Shown here in pieces: positions 29,887 to 40,005 of a stretch of DNA of 64,000 bases. The notes under the pieces were generated by a model, which saw only the letters and a program-made list of their open reading frames with translations, ran no database searches and was not told the origin of the DNA. The translations under genes and the position numbers were made by a program. The DNA is from a virus, in IMG/VR virus record IMGVR_UViG_3300011271_000003, positions 34,805 to 98,804 of that record. One strand, written 5' to 3'. Within the stretch, counting starts at the first letter, position 1; every line of letters begins with the position of its first letter.

Positions 29887-31047
29887 TCAGAGCTCCATCT
29901 CACCTGGTGCCGTAGCTGGTTCGACGTGCTTGCCCATAGCTGCTAGTTCTGCCTTGAATGTCTCCTCCAGTTCTTCTCGCTTGTAGCCGTTAGCTGGTCC
30001 GTTGCCAACCCAGACGCTGTGTGCTTCTAGGCCTAGGTTCCTGATTGCCTGCGCGACGGCGCGGCTCCCCTGGTTGAGCGAACTCCACCAGGCTCCGCCT
30101 CCGGCCTCATGTACCTGCTTTGCGATATCGGTGACGGTGAGGTTACCTTCGGTGGTGCATACGATAGCCGCGATGTAGTTCCGAAGCTGATCCTGCGGTG
30201 ACAGGATCGTCTCAGAACTTCCGTTCTTCAGGCTCAGCTCTCTACATGCGTCCATGACCATCTGCGGCCACGCGCCTCCTGCGACCTCTGCGATTTGGAA
30301 TAGTGGCTTCCAGATCTGCCGCATTCGCATCTTGAGGCCAACCATCGATGGCTTCGCGTCCAGAATGTCTTCCAGAACCTGCTGGACACGTGCCCCGAGA
30401 GTTCTGCCTGTCGAACGAACCCACTCTCTGTGCGTCGTGGAGTCGTAGCAGTCGTCGTCATCCATCGGGTGTGGTGGCTTCTCCATGAAGATGATGATTG
30501 TCCGTGTCCGTGTGTCCTCCAGGTGCGGGTTACCGAGGAACGCTGCTTGCTTCCCTGAGAAGGCAAGTGCGGCGAATGTGCTCTGGAACCCTGTTGCGTT
30601 TAGTGACTGTCCGGTGTCCTCGTAGCCGGTGTTCATGATCTCGAAGATACCCTTAGAGCTGTTGCCTACTCTGGTGACGAGCTTGTGTATCTCGTCCATG
30701 CAGAGCGTCGCTCTCTGTTCTCTGATCACGTTCAGCAGTCCTGGAGCTGTTGCTGTGCTGGCGCCAAAAAGCTTGCCGTTCCGCGACATCAGGCCGTTCA
30801 GCTTGAGTATTGTCGTTTTGCCGCACTCGGAGGTCTCTCCGAGAATGCCCAGCCTTGGCGTCTGGTCGTATGCCAGCTGGTTGTCTGGTGGCTTGATGCA
30901 CCAAGTATGCGCATCCCAAAGCGCCATTGTCGATGCTTTCGCGATACTTAGCGTTGGACTGAACAGGTGAAAAATGTCCATCGCTTCGGTCAGCGCCATG
31001 TCAAGCGGTGTACGCTCAACATGGACTACTGGTGATTCTTCTGACAT
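29887..31047 (-). CDS. P-loop NTPase, DUF3631-like (replication/primase-associated)
   Basis: PRLGILG...CGKTT, TLCMDE, NTGY, TRTIII.M, WKPLFQIAEVAGGAWP. Confidence 0.75.
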   Translation of the reverse strand: MSEESPVVHVERTPLDMALTEAMDIFHLFSPTLSIAKASTMALWDAHTWCIKPPDNQLAYDQTPRLGILGETSECGKTTILKLNGLMSRNGKLFGASTATAPGLLNVIREQRATLCMDEIHKLVTRVGNSSKGIFEIMNTGYEDTGQSLNATGFQSTFAALAFSGKQAAFLGNPHLEDTRTRTIIIFMEKPPHPMDDDDCYDSTTHREWVRSTGRTLGARVQQVLEDILDAKPSMVGLKMRMRQIWKPLFQIAEVAGGAWPQMVMDACRELSLKNGSSETILSPQDQLRNYIAAIVCTTEGNLTVTDIAKQVHEAGGGAWWSSLNQGSRAVAQAIRNLGLEAHSVWVGNGPANGYKREELEETFKAELAAMGKHVEPATAPGEMEL

Positions 31048-31327
31048 GATTTCCCTATCGGTTGTAGTCCTACCCTTTGCTACTTACCCCTTTTCTACAT
31101 TCGCTACTGTTGTGACGAAGACGTCTGCGTGATACTTTTTGCCTTCGACGTTCCCAGCCTGTGTGGTAGCAGAGTCGGTTTTGCCTGCCTCGTAGACACA
31201 ATAAGGATCGCTTACAGCTAGCTCGGCATTGTCGAAGAACTCTTTTGCCTTCTCGAATGCGTCCTCTTGGATCTCTTTGTTAGTGTCACCAAATGCGAGA
31301 ACATGTAGTACTCCGTCCATGTTGTTT

Positions 31328-31384
31328 ACCTCCTTTCAGGACCAGCTCGAGTTGGGGAACTCGAGCTGATCCTCAACCGGAGGT
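31328..31384 (-). promoter_or_regulatory. G.G-motif RNA stem sequestering the SD of gene 31084-31320
   Basis: ACCTCC-GG-TTGAGGATCAGCTCGAGTT/AACTCGAGCTGGTCCTGAA-AGGAGGT. Confidence 0.75.
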
Positions 31385-31447
31385 GCAGTTTGTGGTCAGC
31401 ACCAGGGTTGACCAACCGTCCAGATCAAGGTGTTTGTGTAGCCCCGT

Positions 31448-31465
31448 TCACTCCTCAGCGGCCAT
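31448..31465 (-). CDS. 5-codon minigene MAAEE
   Basis: Perfect SD AAGGAGGTGA followed by CACG-ATG; lies between two G.G stems. Confidence 0.5.
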   Translation of the reverse strand: MAAEE

Positions 31466-31529
31466 CGTGTCACCTCCTTCGTCGTATGACAGAGGACAGT
31501 CCATAAGGGTACCTGCATGGTACAGGTGG

Positions 31530-31602
31530 CCCTGCCCTCAAAGTCCGCCTCGGTTCCCAGCGTCTCTTTTGAGGCCCACCGAGGCGGCCGTTCAGGGAAG
31601 GA
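31530..31602 (-). promoter_or_regulatory. G.G-motif RNA stem with alternative pseudoknot pairing
   Basis: TCCTTCCCTGAA...TTGAGGGCAGGG enclosing CCGCCTCGGT/ACCGAGGCGG. Confidence 0.65.
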
Positions 31603-32973
31603 TCACGCTTTCAGTTGGTTTGGGCCTTCTACGATATGGAACGGCCCGCCGGGATGGTCGGACCAGGCGGACCAGGCGGGAGTGCTGCCAGATCGCAGCA
31701 CTTCGAGTAGGTTGCGAAATCCCTGCTCGTCGTCGAACTCGATCCTGTACACCTGTGTTACAGGATACGTTACAGTCGGTGACTCGATGTCGGCTTCGGT
31801 TGTGATGTCTGTGACGGTGCTAACGTAGGTAATGAGCGCTTCAGGCATCTCAGATCACGTCCTTCTCTGTCATTATGTGTCTCTGCTCCTCGGACCTGTA
31901 AAAGTCGTTGCCGACCTTACTCCAGTCGTGGCCCTCGGCACACTGCCAGTGGCTTCCAGTTCCTGGAGCACCATAATGCCCCTGGAATCGCAATTCCACC
32001 AAGGCGCCTCGATCGTGCAGCGGACATACTCCCTGACGTAGCAGAACCTGCTGAAGCTGGTGTATTGCCTGCTCAACGTCTGACGTGAGCGTCAGCCTCA
32101 CGTCCGGGCACTCAGGCATTGCTCCTCCATGGAGTAAAGGCCTCTGGCGTCGCTGGTACCCAGCATCTACCGTCAAGGCTGCAAGCGTGCCCTTCCTGTA
32201 GTTCATGATCCGGATGCCAGGGCGCTGGACAGAGTTCCCACCAGTTCTTGCTGTCGAACATGACGTTCGGACGCTTAGGCATTTTTCACCTCCGTCTCTG
32301 CGGCGTAGCTTCCAATCACGTCGCTCAGGCTCGTTAGTTCGTCCTTACTGCTCGGGAGCGTGCAGTGGTAGTACGCACGGTCTTGCTCAGCCGCACTCTG
32401 GCAGTACAAGGTCACAAGGTTTGGGTCACGGTCTGCTCTGATCGCCCAGCCCTGCTTCTGCTCAGCCTCCGTCAGGTCTGTTATCGCTTCTGCTGACATG
32501 TTCACCTCCTCTCGAAGATCACCTTCGGGTTGAGAATGTACTCGGTCTCGCTGTCGTAGCGACTCAGCATACCCATTCCGGCCTCGACTCGGTACACTGC
32601 TCCCCAGACTGTTTGCCCCTCAGGTGTCGTGTACTCCACGATCCGTACGACATCGAATCGCATGCCGTCCTCGGGATCAGCCTCGCCGTTCCTGGCGATC
32701 ATCTTGTCGATGATCTCCTTAGTGACGAATGTGCCCACTACACCATCTCCTCTGCGAACTGCTTGATGCTGAGTGCCAGGTTCAGCAGCTCAGTCTTGTC
32801 CGTCGGTAGGTGGGTATGGTAGTACCCTATCGGTACGGTTGCGTCCGTGCGCTGTGTGTAGAGCTTCAGCTCCGGCCCACGTTCGCCTGCCACGTAGCGG
32901 AATGCTACGTGGCGCTTCTGCTCGCTTGGCGTCAGGAAGATCGCATCTTCCCAGCTTTCGATTGACATGTTTA

Positions 32974-33034
32974 ACCTCCTTTCAGGATTGCTCCCGCCTC
33001 TGTGGCGAGCACGGGAGCAATCCTCAACGAAGGT
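32974..33034 (-). promoter_or_regulatory. G.G-motif RNA stem sequestering the SD of gene 32738-32968
   Basis: ACCTTC-G-TTGAGGATTGCTCCCG/CGGGAGCAATCCTGAA-AGGAGGT. Confidence 0.75.
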
Positions 33035-33055
33035 GCCGTCGATCGTGCCGTTCTA

Positions 33056-33088
33056 TCAGGAGCTGTCGCTACGGCCGTTGAGTTTCAT
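33056..33088 (-). CDS. 10-codon minigene MKLNGRSDSS
   Basis: SD GGGAGGTGA followed by CCGA-ATG, double stop TGATAG; lies between two G.G stems. Confidence 0.5.
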   Translation of the reverse strand: MKLNGRSDSS

Positions 33089-33101
33089 TCGGTCACCTCC
33101 C

Positions 33102-33230
33102 TCCTTCCTTCAATCGCCTGCACGAAGGAGATACGCACCATGAGCACGCATTGGCTCATACTATCCACCGGCGTAGCCCGGTGAGGTGCACTTGCGTTCT
33201 TTTCCGTCGTGCAGGACGTTCAAGGTAGGA
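33102..33230 (-). ncRNA. Multibranch structured RNA element closed by a G.G-motif stem
   Basis: TCCTACCTTGAA/TTGAAGGAAGGA, CCTGCACGA/TCGTGCAGG, GCACC/GGTGC, CACCGG/CCGGTG, ATGAGC/GCTCAT. Confidence 0.6.
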
Positions 33231-33738
33231 TCTAGAACAGACTAAGCTTCCGGGCGCGTGCTGTGTACTCGTTCAGGAGCGCTGCGACCTTGGTGAGAGT
33301 CTCATACAGAAACGCCTGATCTTCGAGGTTCTCTGGCGTGTTGTCGACGTAGAACGCACGCCACGGCTCAAGCTCGTACTTCTCGTTCAGGAGCTCATTC
33401 TGCGATTGCTGCATCATCTTGACAATGCTGGTCTCGAGGAGCGTCTTGTACTCCAGCAGTGCAAACCAGATCGTTGCGAAGGTCATGTCTGTAGTAGTAG
33501 GAAGAATTACCTTCCCTGACATGTCGCCGACGGCCTCAGTAATGGCCGTCGGCGACCTCACGATGCCTGTCGTGTCGCTGTTCGTTTGGTATCGCGTCAG
33601 AAGCTCCGTGACAGTCAGTGCGATCGATTCGTTGTCACTCTGACCGTGCTTCGACATAAAGTCGAAGAATGTCTCGACTGCAGTCTTTCGCTCTGCGGCT
33701 GAAAGCCGAGCATGCTCGTCCGTCATCTGTTTCACCTT

Positions 33739-34155
33739 TCAGGCTACGTGGTCCCACCAGTGCGGCTGTCCTGGCTGGTCGGGACCCTCTTCGGTCTCGC
33801 ACCGAGCCTCGAGGCTCGTGTACCTGCTTGAGAAGGTTCCATCGTCCAGCTCGATGTACTCGACTGTTACTTTGTGCTTCGGGTTCGCTGCTACATGTGC
33901 CTCGGCAGCGTTGCAGTACTCGTACGTGTAGTTTCCGTCAGCGTGTAGTTCTGAGAACGTTCCATCATACGCCAACCTCAGGACGTCCAGCGCCACGAAG
34001 ACCGCATCACGTCCCGTGGCTTCGTTGTCGAAGGTGTAGTCGTTCATGTCCGCATAGTAGGCGGCCGCAGTATATACCTTGTCAGGTACTATGTCGGCTG
34101 CCTCGGTACCGTTGACTCCCTCATATGCGGACTTTACATCAGCCGCTGTTACCAT
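33739..34155 (-). CDS. Hypothetical protein, paralogue of 4729-5058
   Basis: YTAAAYYAD and ALDVLRLAYDGTF. Confidence 0.7.
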   Translation of the reverse strand: MVTAADVKSAYEGVNGTEAADIVPDKVYTAAAYYADMNDYTFDNEATGRDAVFVALDVLRLAYDGTFSELHADGNYTYEYCNAAEAHVAANPKHKVTVEYIELDDGTFSSRYTSLEARCETEEGPDQPGQPHWWDHVA

Positions 34156-35343
34156 GTTACCTCCGCCGGTCCTGTCTTCTCCGTCTCTGCGTTGACTAGA
34201 GTCGTTCTGTACTCGCTTCCCGCGAGCCAGCAGCCAAAGTCCTTAATCGTAGGCGTCACTCCTGTGTAGCCTGAGTGACCTTGGAATGTCTGCCAGAAAC
34301 CCAGAATCTCGAAGATCGTAGGCCACTTGCTGCTGTCCACTTCGTCGCCATCATAGGTGACGTCGACTGGCTCCTGCTCACGAAGCTCTTGCAGCCTCGC
34401 CCGGTCCTCTTCAGAGCCTCCGCCACCGATTAGTGCCTGTTCGATACTCATGTTAGGCTCTCGATCGTAAGCTGCCTGTCCGCGACGCAGAATAGGTACA
34501 GGTCGTTTAGGTACTCGTCCGACGGAACCCGACCTGGCTCGTCCGGGTACAAAACTTCTACGTACTGAGCTACGCGGTCGATTGCCTCGACGCTAGGTCT
34601 GCAGCAGCCACACTCAACCGCTGCACGAACTCTCTCCTTGAGCTGCTCGAGGTTCATGTGAAGTCCACCTCTTCCACCTGCTTGATAATCCCCGTACCTG
34701 CTACGTTCCACTCGTACGTGTTGCCGTGTTCATCTACGGCGTAGTAGCCGTATGACACCAGAGCGTCCCGGGCTTCCTCCTCTGTATCGACCTTACTCAG
34801 CTCGTTACCTGAGTCGTCGAAAACCGTGAAGTCAGGCTCGTCATGACGCTCGACGGTTGCCTTGTTCGACTTTACGAGGTCCCATGTCTGGTCGAACACG
34901 GAATCTAGTGCGTCGTCGTAGGCTTCGACTCCTCTTTCAGTTCGTCCCACTCTTCGGGACTCTCATAGTCATCCTCACTCCAGGTAACGAAAGCCTCAAT
35001 CGTTACCTTGTACCTTACCCGGTCTGTCACGTTCCCCAGCCTCCCCTTCCCCTAATGTCGAAGCCTACGTACTCGGTCAGCTTGACGCCGATCAGGAATG
35101 GCCGGACCTCTTTCGGCATCTCGTCCAGGTCCGTGGACTTGTCAGGACCGTCCGAGATTAGCAGTGCTTCCCATGCCAGACGCCGCAGCTGATCTGCATC
35201 AAGCTGGTAGAGCCGCTCCATGCACTCCTGCATGTAGTCCCGTTCTAGATCAGTCTTTCCGGGACCTGCTGCATCAGACCCTGTTTCCCAGGACATTTCT
35301 GCACCTCCGGCTCATAAACACTTAGTCTTTTTCTCTCAATAAT

Positions 35344-35376
35344 ATTATATTATAGGTCACTGGGAAATATCAAGGG
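35344..35376 (-). promoter_or_regulatory. sigma70-type promoter
   Basis: CCC-TTGATA-N18-TATAAT with UP-like tract. Confidence 0.8.
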
Positions 35377-35390
35377 ATATTTAAAAGAAT

Positions 35391-35726
35391 CTATGGGAAT
35401 TTATGGAACCCATAATCGGGTAGTGCAGGACGCCGACGCTTCGCCCGGTCTATCTTCTCTTGCAGTTGTACTCTCCTCCGCTCGGAGACATACGGCATCA
35501 CACGCTCTGCGAAGGTCCACGCGCCGTGACCAGTCAGTTGCCACTGGTACTTACATCCTGTGTTGTACGGGCCGCCTACTTTGCCACCGAATACCGTAAC
35601 AAGGCGGTCTAGGGGCTCTCTTTCCTTTTGTGGTGCACTGATCCCCAAGTAACCGCCAGGAAGCCCAACGCAGCCTTCTCCTTCCCAGAAGCCTACAGCC
35701 CACGCAAACCAGTCGAAGTCGTCCAC
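35391..35726 (-). CDS. Free-standing single-motif LAGLIDADG endonuclease
   Basis: AWAVGFWEGEGCVG, Q...EPL..L...FGG.V, YQWQL, VMPY. GTG start after AGGAGG. Confidence 0.8.
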   Translation of the reverse strand: MDDFDWFAWAVGFWEGEGCVGLPGGYLGISAPQKEREPLDRLVTVFGGKVGGPYNTGCKYQWQLTGHGAWTFAERVMPYVSERRRVQLQEKIDRAKRRRPALPDYGFHKFP

Positions 35727-36108
35727 GGTGCCTCCTAGTCGGCTATTCGGGCTATCAGTCCGAGGTCCGTTGCTATGCCGAGATTCTCGGTAGCCTCGGC
35801 TAGGTCTTTGCACCTCTGTCAGACTCCAGGAAACGCAAACATCACCGGGTCATCCGTACGTCCCGTTTTTGGTGTCACCTGCATGATCACTATGTGTACT
35901 CGTTTAGCCTTCTCACGACCGCAGTCGGCACAGACCGATACGTCCGTATGGTGGAAGTAACCTGATCCGAAATGCCTAATGTCCAGACCCCAATCCTCGT
36001 CGCCTCCTTCCAAGCATGGTACCTTCTCCACCATGTGGTGGTACCATCCTGCCTCTACCGATGTGTTCCGCACCGGGCCCTCCTTTCCTGAAGTCCACAG
36101 GACGTCCA

Positions 36109-37015
36109 CTATCTTAGTTTCCCGGCCAGAGCTGCCAACAGCATGTCACAAGCCTTATCATAGTCGCTGCTGGCCCCTGTCGCATCCGCAATTTCAAACA
36201 GCGCCTCAATCGCCTTGGCCGTTCCTGGCATACACGCATATGATAGCTCTCGTCTGTCTTTGTGTACCCATTTCGCCCTCGCCCACTTACCCACTCCAAT
36301 TGTGCACGCCCTACCTGGCCTAGCTCGACAGTAAGGACAGAAGTAGTCCCTGACGGCAGCGTTGGCAGCGTCGTTCTCTGCCCTCCCTGGCTCTGCCACC
36401 TTTCGCCTGATGGTACCGAGACATTTGTCACATTGCAAGTTTGGGTACCCAGCATCGTTTCCGCACCCCTTAACGCACTTCATTCTTCGTACCCCGCAGG
36501 AGGTGTGTCCCCATACATCTGACGATAAATGTGTCGCTCGTAGAGCCAGTAGTATATCTGCTTCCGCGCAGAGTGTATGGTGCCAGGTGTTTCTTTACCT
36601 GCTGGATTTGTACAGGGTCTGCCTTGAATGCCTATGCATTCTGGTTTCGGGCAGGTAACTCTCCTGAATCTTGCGTCGCTCATCTGCGCCTCCTAGGCCG
36701 CTCTAGCGTCGCGTCGTAGGCCTCCCACCTAGTGCGGTGCACGGCCTCCATTGGTGTCCTGGTGACCGGTGTCACGCATGCAAACTTTTTCTTGGCATCA
36801 CATGTCGGACAATCCACGCAGTATCTGGGCAAGCGGTTGTTTGCGTACGCCAGAGTGTCGTTGCTAGCTTCTACGGAAATGCGTCCATCGCCAGCGACTA
36901 CGTCTACCCGGGCCCTATGCGGTCGTGTCAGCCAGGCTCCTGCGGCCGAGCGACACGGATCGTCCGGCTGCGCTGCACAAGTTGGACACGCTACCGCGAG
37001 CCAGGCACCTATCAT
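36109..37015 (-). CDS. Three tandem zinc-finger genes (36109-36483, 36480-36683, 36680-37015; the last has two fingers)
   Basis: CPYCRARPGRAC..H.DR; CPKPEC...GRPC..HSAR; CPTCAAQPDDPC..HRAR; CPTCDA....C..HRTR. Confidence 0.75.
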
Positions 37016-37650
37016 GATGGCGGCCCTAGGCTACCAGGCTCGCGGTAACTCGACGGGTCTACAGCAGACTCGCCTGTGTCGTACGTGTCCGACAGCTGCG
37101 GCGCCTTTGCTTGCAAGTCCACAGGCCGTGGGCTGTCGTTTTCTGACAGGTCATACAGCTTGTTGAGCCGCTCTTCCTCGAGTGGGTCCGGAGGATCGAT
37201 CTCCAGGCTGATCCTTGCCTCCTCTGCAGGCGTCAGCTCTCTACGGAATTCGAGAATGTGCGCGATCCTGAAGAGCCTGACCGCTTCCTGATATGGAACA
37301 TCCCACCGCGGGTGCGGCGTAGTGGCATTTAGCATTCTGTCCTCGGTTGCTACTACGTTGGCTTGCTTGGCCGCAAGCTCCGCTTTTGTGTAGTAATGCC
37401 TGATGATCGGTGCTAGCACCCCGTAGTCGTATTGTGGCGCGCCATACCGGTCTGGAGCCTGGAGTTCCTCCCACGCACACCGCTCGATAATACTCCTAAC
37501 CCTAGAGGTAATGGTGGTTCTCTTATTTCGTGACTCTAGGTGCTGCAAACAATAGGACGTTTTTTTGTACTTTGGCTCAGGGGAGCTAACACCTTCGGCG
37601 ATGCAGTCAATACAGTCAGGCTGTCTGCTCATTTGTTTCCTCGTAGTCAC
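37012..37650 (-). CDS. Hypothetical protein with N-terminal CxxC/CxxH zinc motif
   Basis: 212-aa ORF directly downstream of the 37687 promoter; CIDC...YCLQH. Confidence 0.6.
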   Translation of the reverse strand: MTTRKQMSRQPDCIDCIAEGVSSPEPKYKKTSYCLQHLESRNKRTTITSRVRSIIERCAWEELQAPDRYGAPQYDYGVLAPIIRHYYTKAELAAKQANVVATEDRMLNATTPHPRWDVPYQEAVRLFRIAHILEFRRELTPAEEARISLEIDPPDPLEEERLNKLYDLSENDSPRPVDLQAKAPQLSDTYDTGESAVDPSSYREPGSLGPPS

Positions 37651-37686
37651 GTAGGTTGTTAGCGACTCTATTACACAGTACTCTTA

Positions 37687-37716
37687 ATTATAATGTAAAA
37701 CCACGAGAATACGCAC
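37687..37716 (-). promoter_or_regulatory. Promoter GTGCGT-N18-TATAAT
   Basis: Same -35 hexamer and spacing as the late promoter at 42361. Confidence 0.55.
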
Positions 37717-37719
37717 GGG

Positions 37720-38070
37720 GTAGATATTACAAAGTAACCCAAGCTAGATATAGCAGTAATTTCTTGTAACCGCACGTTAATCGCGGTATGTCGCTACCTG
37801 AAAATCTACCGCTCCATAAGCACCCGGTCCGACTCGCAACTTTAAGGATAAGACTATAACACTGTTATTATTAAATACTATTATATAGTGATATTCAGGC
37901 ACACCCACCTGGTAGTAGGCATTCTTGCCACTATTTACAGTAATCAAATACCCAGCTATTAGGTTGCGCGTAAAATTACATGGAGATTACGTGATTACTT
38001 CTTACAAGTACAAACATTACAATTAAGCACTTATGCGATTACAAGATTACACGTGATTCCGGCTAAGGTT
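37720..38070. repeat. AT-rich non-coding region with clustered ATTAC/GTAA repeats (origin or genome-terminus signal)
   Basis: ATTAC at 37975, 37986, 37994, 38016, 38038 and 38046; TATTATTAAATACTATTATATA tract. Confidence 0.6.
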
Positions 38071-38077
38071 TTGGGCA

Positions 38078-38123
38078 AGAGAAAAGGGCGTGGAATCTCA
38101 TGAGATTCCACGCCCTTTTCTCT
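38078..38123. terminator. Perfect 46-bp palindrome; probable terminator for the leftward early block
   Basis: AGAGAAAAGGGCGTGGAATCTCA|TGAGATTCCACGCCCTTTTCTCT immediately after the stop of 38125-38454. Confidence 0.7.
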
Positions 38124-38810
38124 GTCAGAAAGGCTCTGGTTCGCGCGTAATTCCCATGCGCTTAGCCTGCCAAGCCTTCATCGTCTTCACGGTGCGGCCG
38201 TTGACACGGATTACGTACGTGGCCATCTCGTCCAGACGCTCGGTGTCCGTGATAGAAACATCAAAGACCACAAGTCGCTCTTCGCGCCGGTACGCGTCTC
38301 CGACCTTACGGCCATCCTGAGACACGTCCGAGCCGTAGCGGGTGTCTTCGTACGCTACGAAGACGCTTTGGCGACTGCCATGATTGTTTCCTATCTGGGA
38401 ACATACAGGTTGTAGGGCCGTCTTGGTGGCGCCTCTGAAAGAGAGGGAGCCCAATATAGTTCTGAGTCTGGAGGGACAGGAAGATCAGGCTGGACAACAT
38501 CCCGCCCTGTGGATTCGTTGCCTCTTAGGGAGCCCCGGTGTAGGTCCGCCCAGAACATTTCGTCGAGGTCGGCCTCGGGGTCGTCTACCACAGGCCGTCG
38601 AGGTGCCCGCCCAGACTGACGAGAGGCTGAATGAAGTGCCCGCCCCACCAGTAGACGATGAACATGACGTGGCCGAACTCCATTACAAACAGAGGGAACA
38701 TGACTTTCACCTTTCTCCGGAATTCAGACTGATTCTGAATCCACGGCAACCTGCCAGGCCTCACTCGTCCCGAAGGAGTCTTGGCTCTTGGCCTGGCAGG
38801 AAGCCCTAGT

Positions 38811-39155
38811 TCAGTTGTGTCGGTAGGTGTCGGTCACGCGGACCGTGTCGGCCTTGCTGACGCTGACCATGTGCTCGTGCGACCACCAGAGGCGGTTGTC
38901 GTCGTCCTTGTAGGTGTTGGCGGTGCTGTGCGCGCCCGTGTAGCTGAGTGAGTAGCGATGCGTCCACTCGTCGAAGTTGCCCACGCCGCAGGCAACCTTG
39001 TGACGGTTCGTCCACGTCTGCGATCCCCTGGAGGAGATCGAGTACGTATGCGTGTTCGTGGTCGTGCACCTAGCGGCCGATGCGGGAATGGCTCCGAGGA
39101 GCGTCCCTCCGGAGATTGCGACGACACCGGCGAGGCTGAGAAGCTTGCGATTCAT
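38811..39155 (-). CDS. Secreted His/Thr/Tyr-rich small protein
   Basis: Signal peptide MNRKLLSLAGVVAISGGTLLGAIPASA; three TH.Y/H-like beta repeats. Confidence 0.7.
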   Translation of the reverse strand: MNRKLLSLAGVVAISGGTLLGAIPASAARCTTTNTHTYSISSRGSQTWTNRHKVACGVGNFDEWTHRYSLSYTGAHSTANTYKDDDNRLWWSHEHMVSVSKADTVRVTDTYRHN

Positions 39156-39576
39156 GATTTCACCCTTTGTTTCATTGCTAGTTCTGCGAGGTCGACTAGT
39201 AGTTCGGAAAATCGGGTTTCGAGCTCCCGCAGGAGCTTTCGGATCACGTCAGGTCGGCTTCGATGTCCAGAAGCTCCTGTTGCGCCAGCTCTTCGAGGAT
39301 CTCGTCGGAGTCGTCGAGACGGGGTCCGTCGGGCTGACCGGTGTAGCTGGTGTAGACCAGCTCGCTGTAGGCCACGTCAGATCGTCTGCCAGTTCGACAC
39401 GCTGGCGTCCCAGACGTTGTCTTCGCCGTCGACGGCGTAGTACTCGACGTCCGTGTCGTCGTCGTCCCATAGCTCGTAGGGCATGGTCTCACCTTTCGTT
39501 GCCGCCCTGGATAGGCGGACTTGACGGGGGAACGCCCCTCTCGAGGCGTTCCCCATCAGGCCCGTCCAGCTAAGGA

Positions 39577-40005
39577 CTACTCGGCCTCGGTCTCGGACTT
39601 CTCGCCCGTTGCGGTCTCGTACAGCTCCTCGTCGGTCGAGTGCACGTCGACAGCATCGGTCACGGCCTCGTCGACGGCCTGCTCGCCATCGTCCGTACCG
39701 TCCTCGGTGGCCTCGGCGAGGAACTGCTGCGCCAGCGCGGCGTAGTCGACACGGCCAGTGCCGGCGACGAAGCCGCCCGCGAGGCGCATCTTGATGTACT
39801 CCGCGACCGCGTCGCCGTCGAAGTACTTCTTCTTGTCGCCCGGAATCGTGACGGTCTTGATCGCCTGCCGCGAGTGCATGCCGTAGAACGGCTGCGGGGC
39901 GAACTCCTCGCCGGTCAGCTCGGACAGGACCTTCGCCAGCCCGTACGGGGTAAGGTGCGGGTGGACGACGGTCTGCACTTCGGTGGAACTGGACTGCTCG
40001 GACAT
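39577..40005 (-). CDS. Early DNA-binding-like protein (LTPY...PQPFYG family) with acidic tail
   Basis: LTPYG, PQPFYG, FDG and RVDYAALAQQFL shared with 41826-42140. Confidence 0.8.
   Translation of the reverse strand: MSEQSSSTEVQTVVHPHLTPYGLAKVLSELTGEEFAPQPFYGMHSRQAIKTVTIPGDKKKYFDGDAVAEYIKMRLAGGFVAGTGRVDYAALAQQFLAEATEDGTDDGEQAVDEAVTDAVDVHSTDEELYETATGEKSETEAE

Noticed and set aside
31530-31602. HDV-like ribozyme
   Set aside because: No room for P1.1, P4 and J4/2 between the two 3-prime strands.
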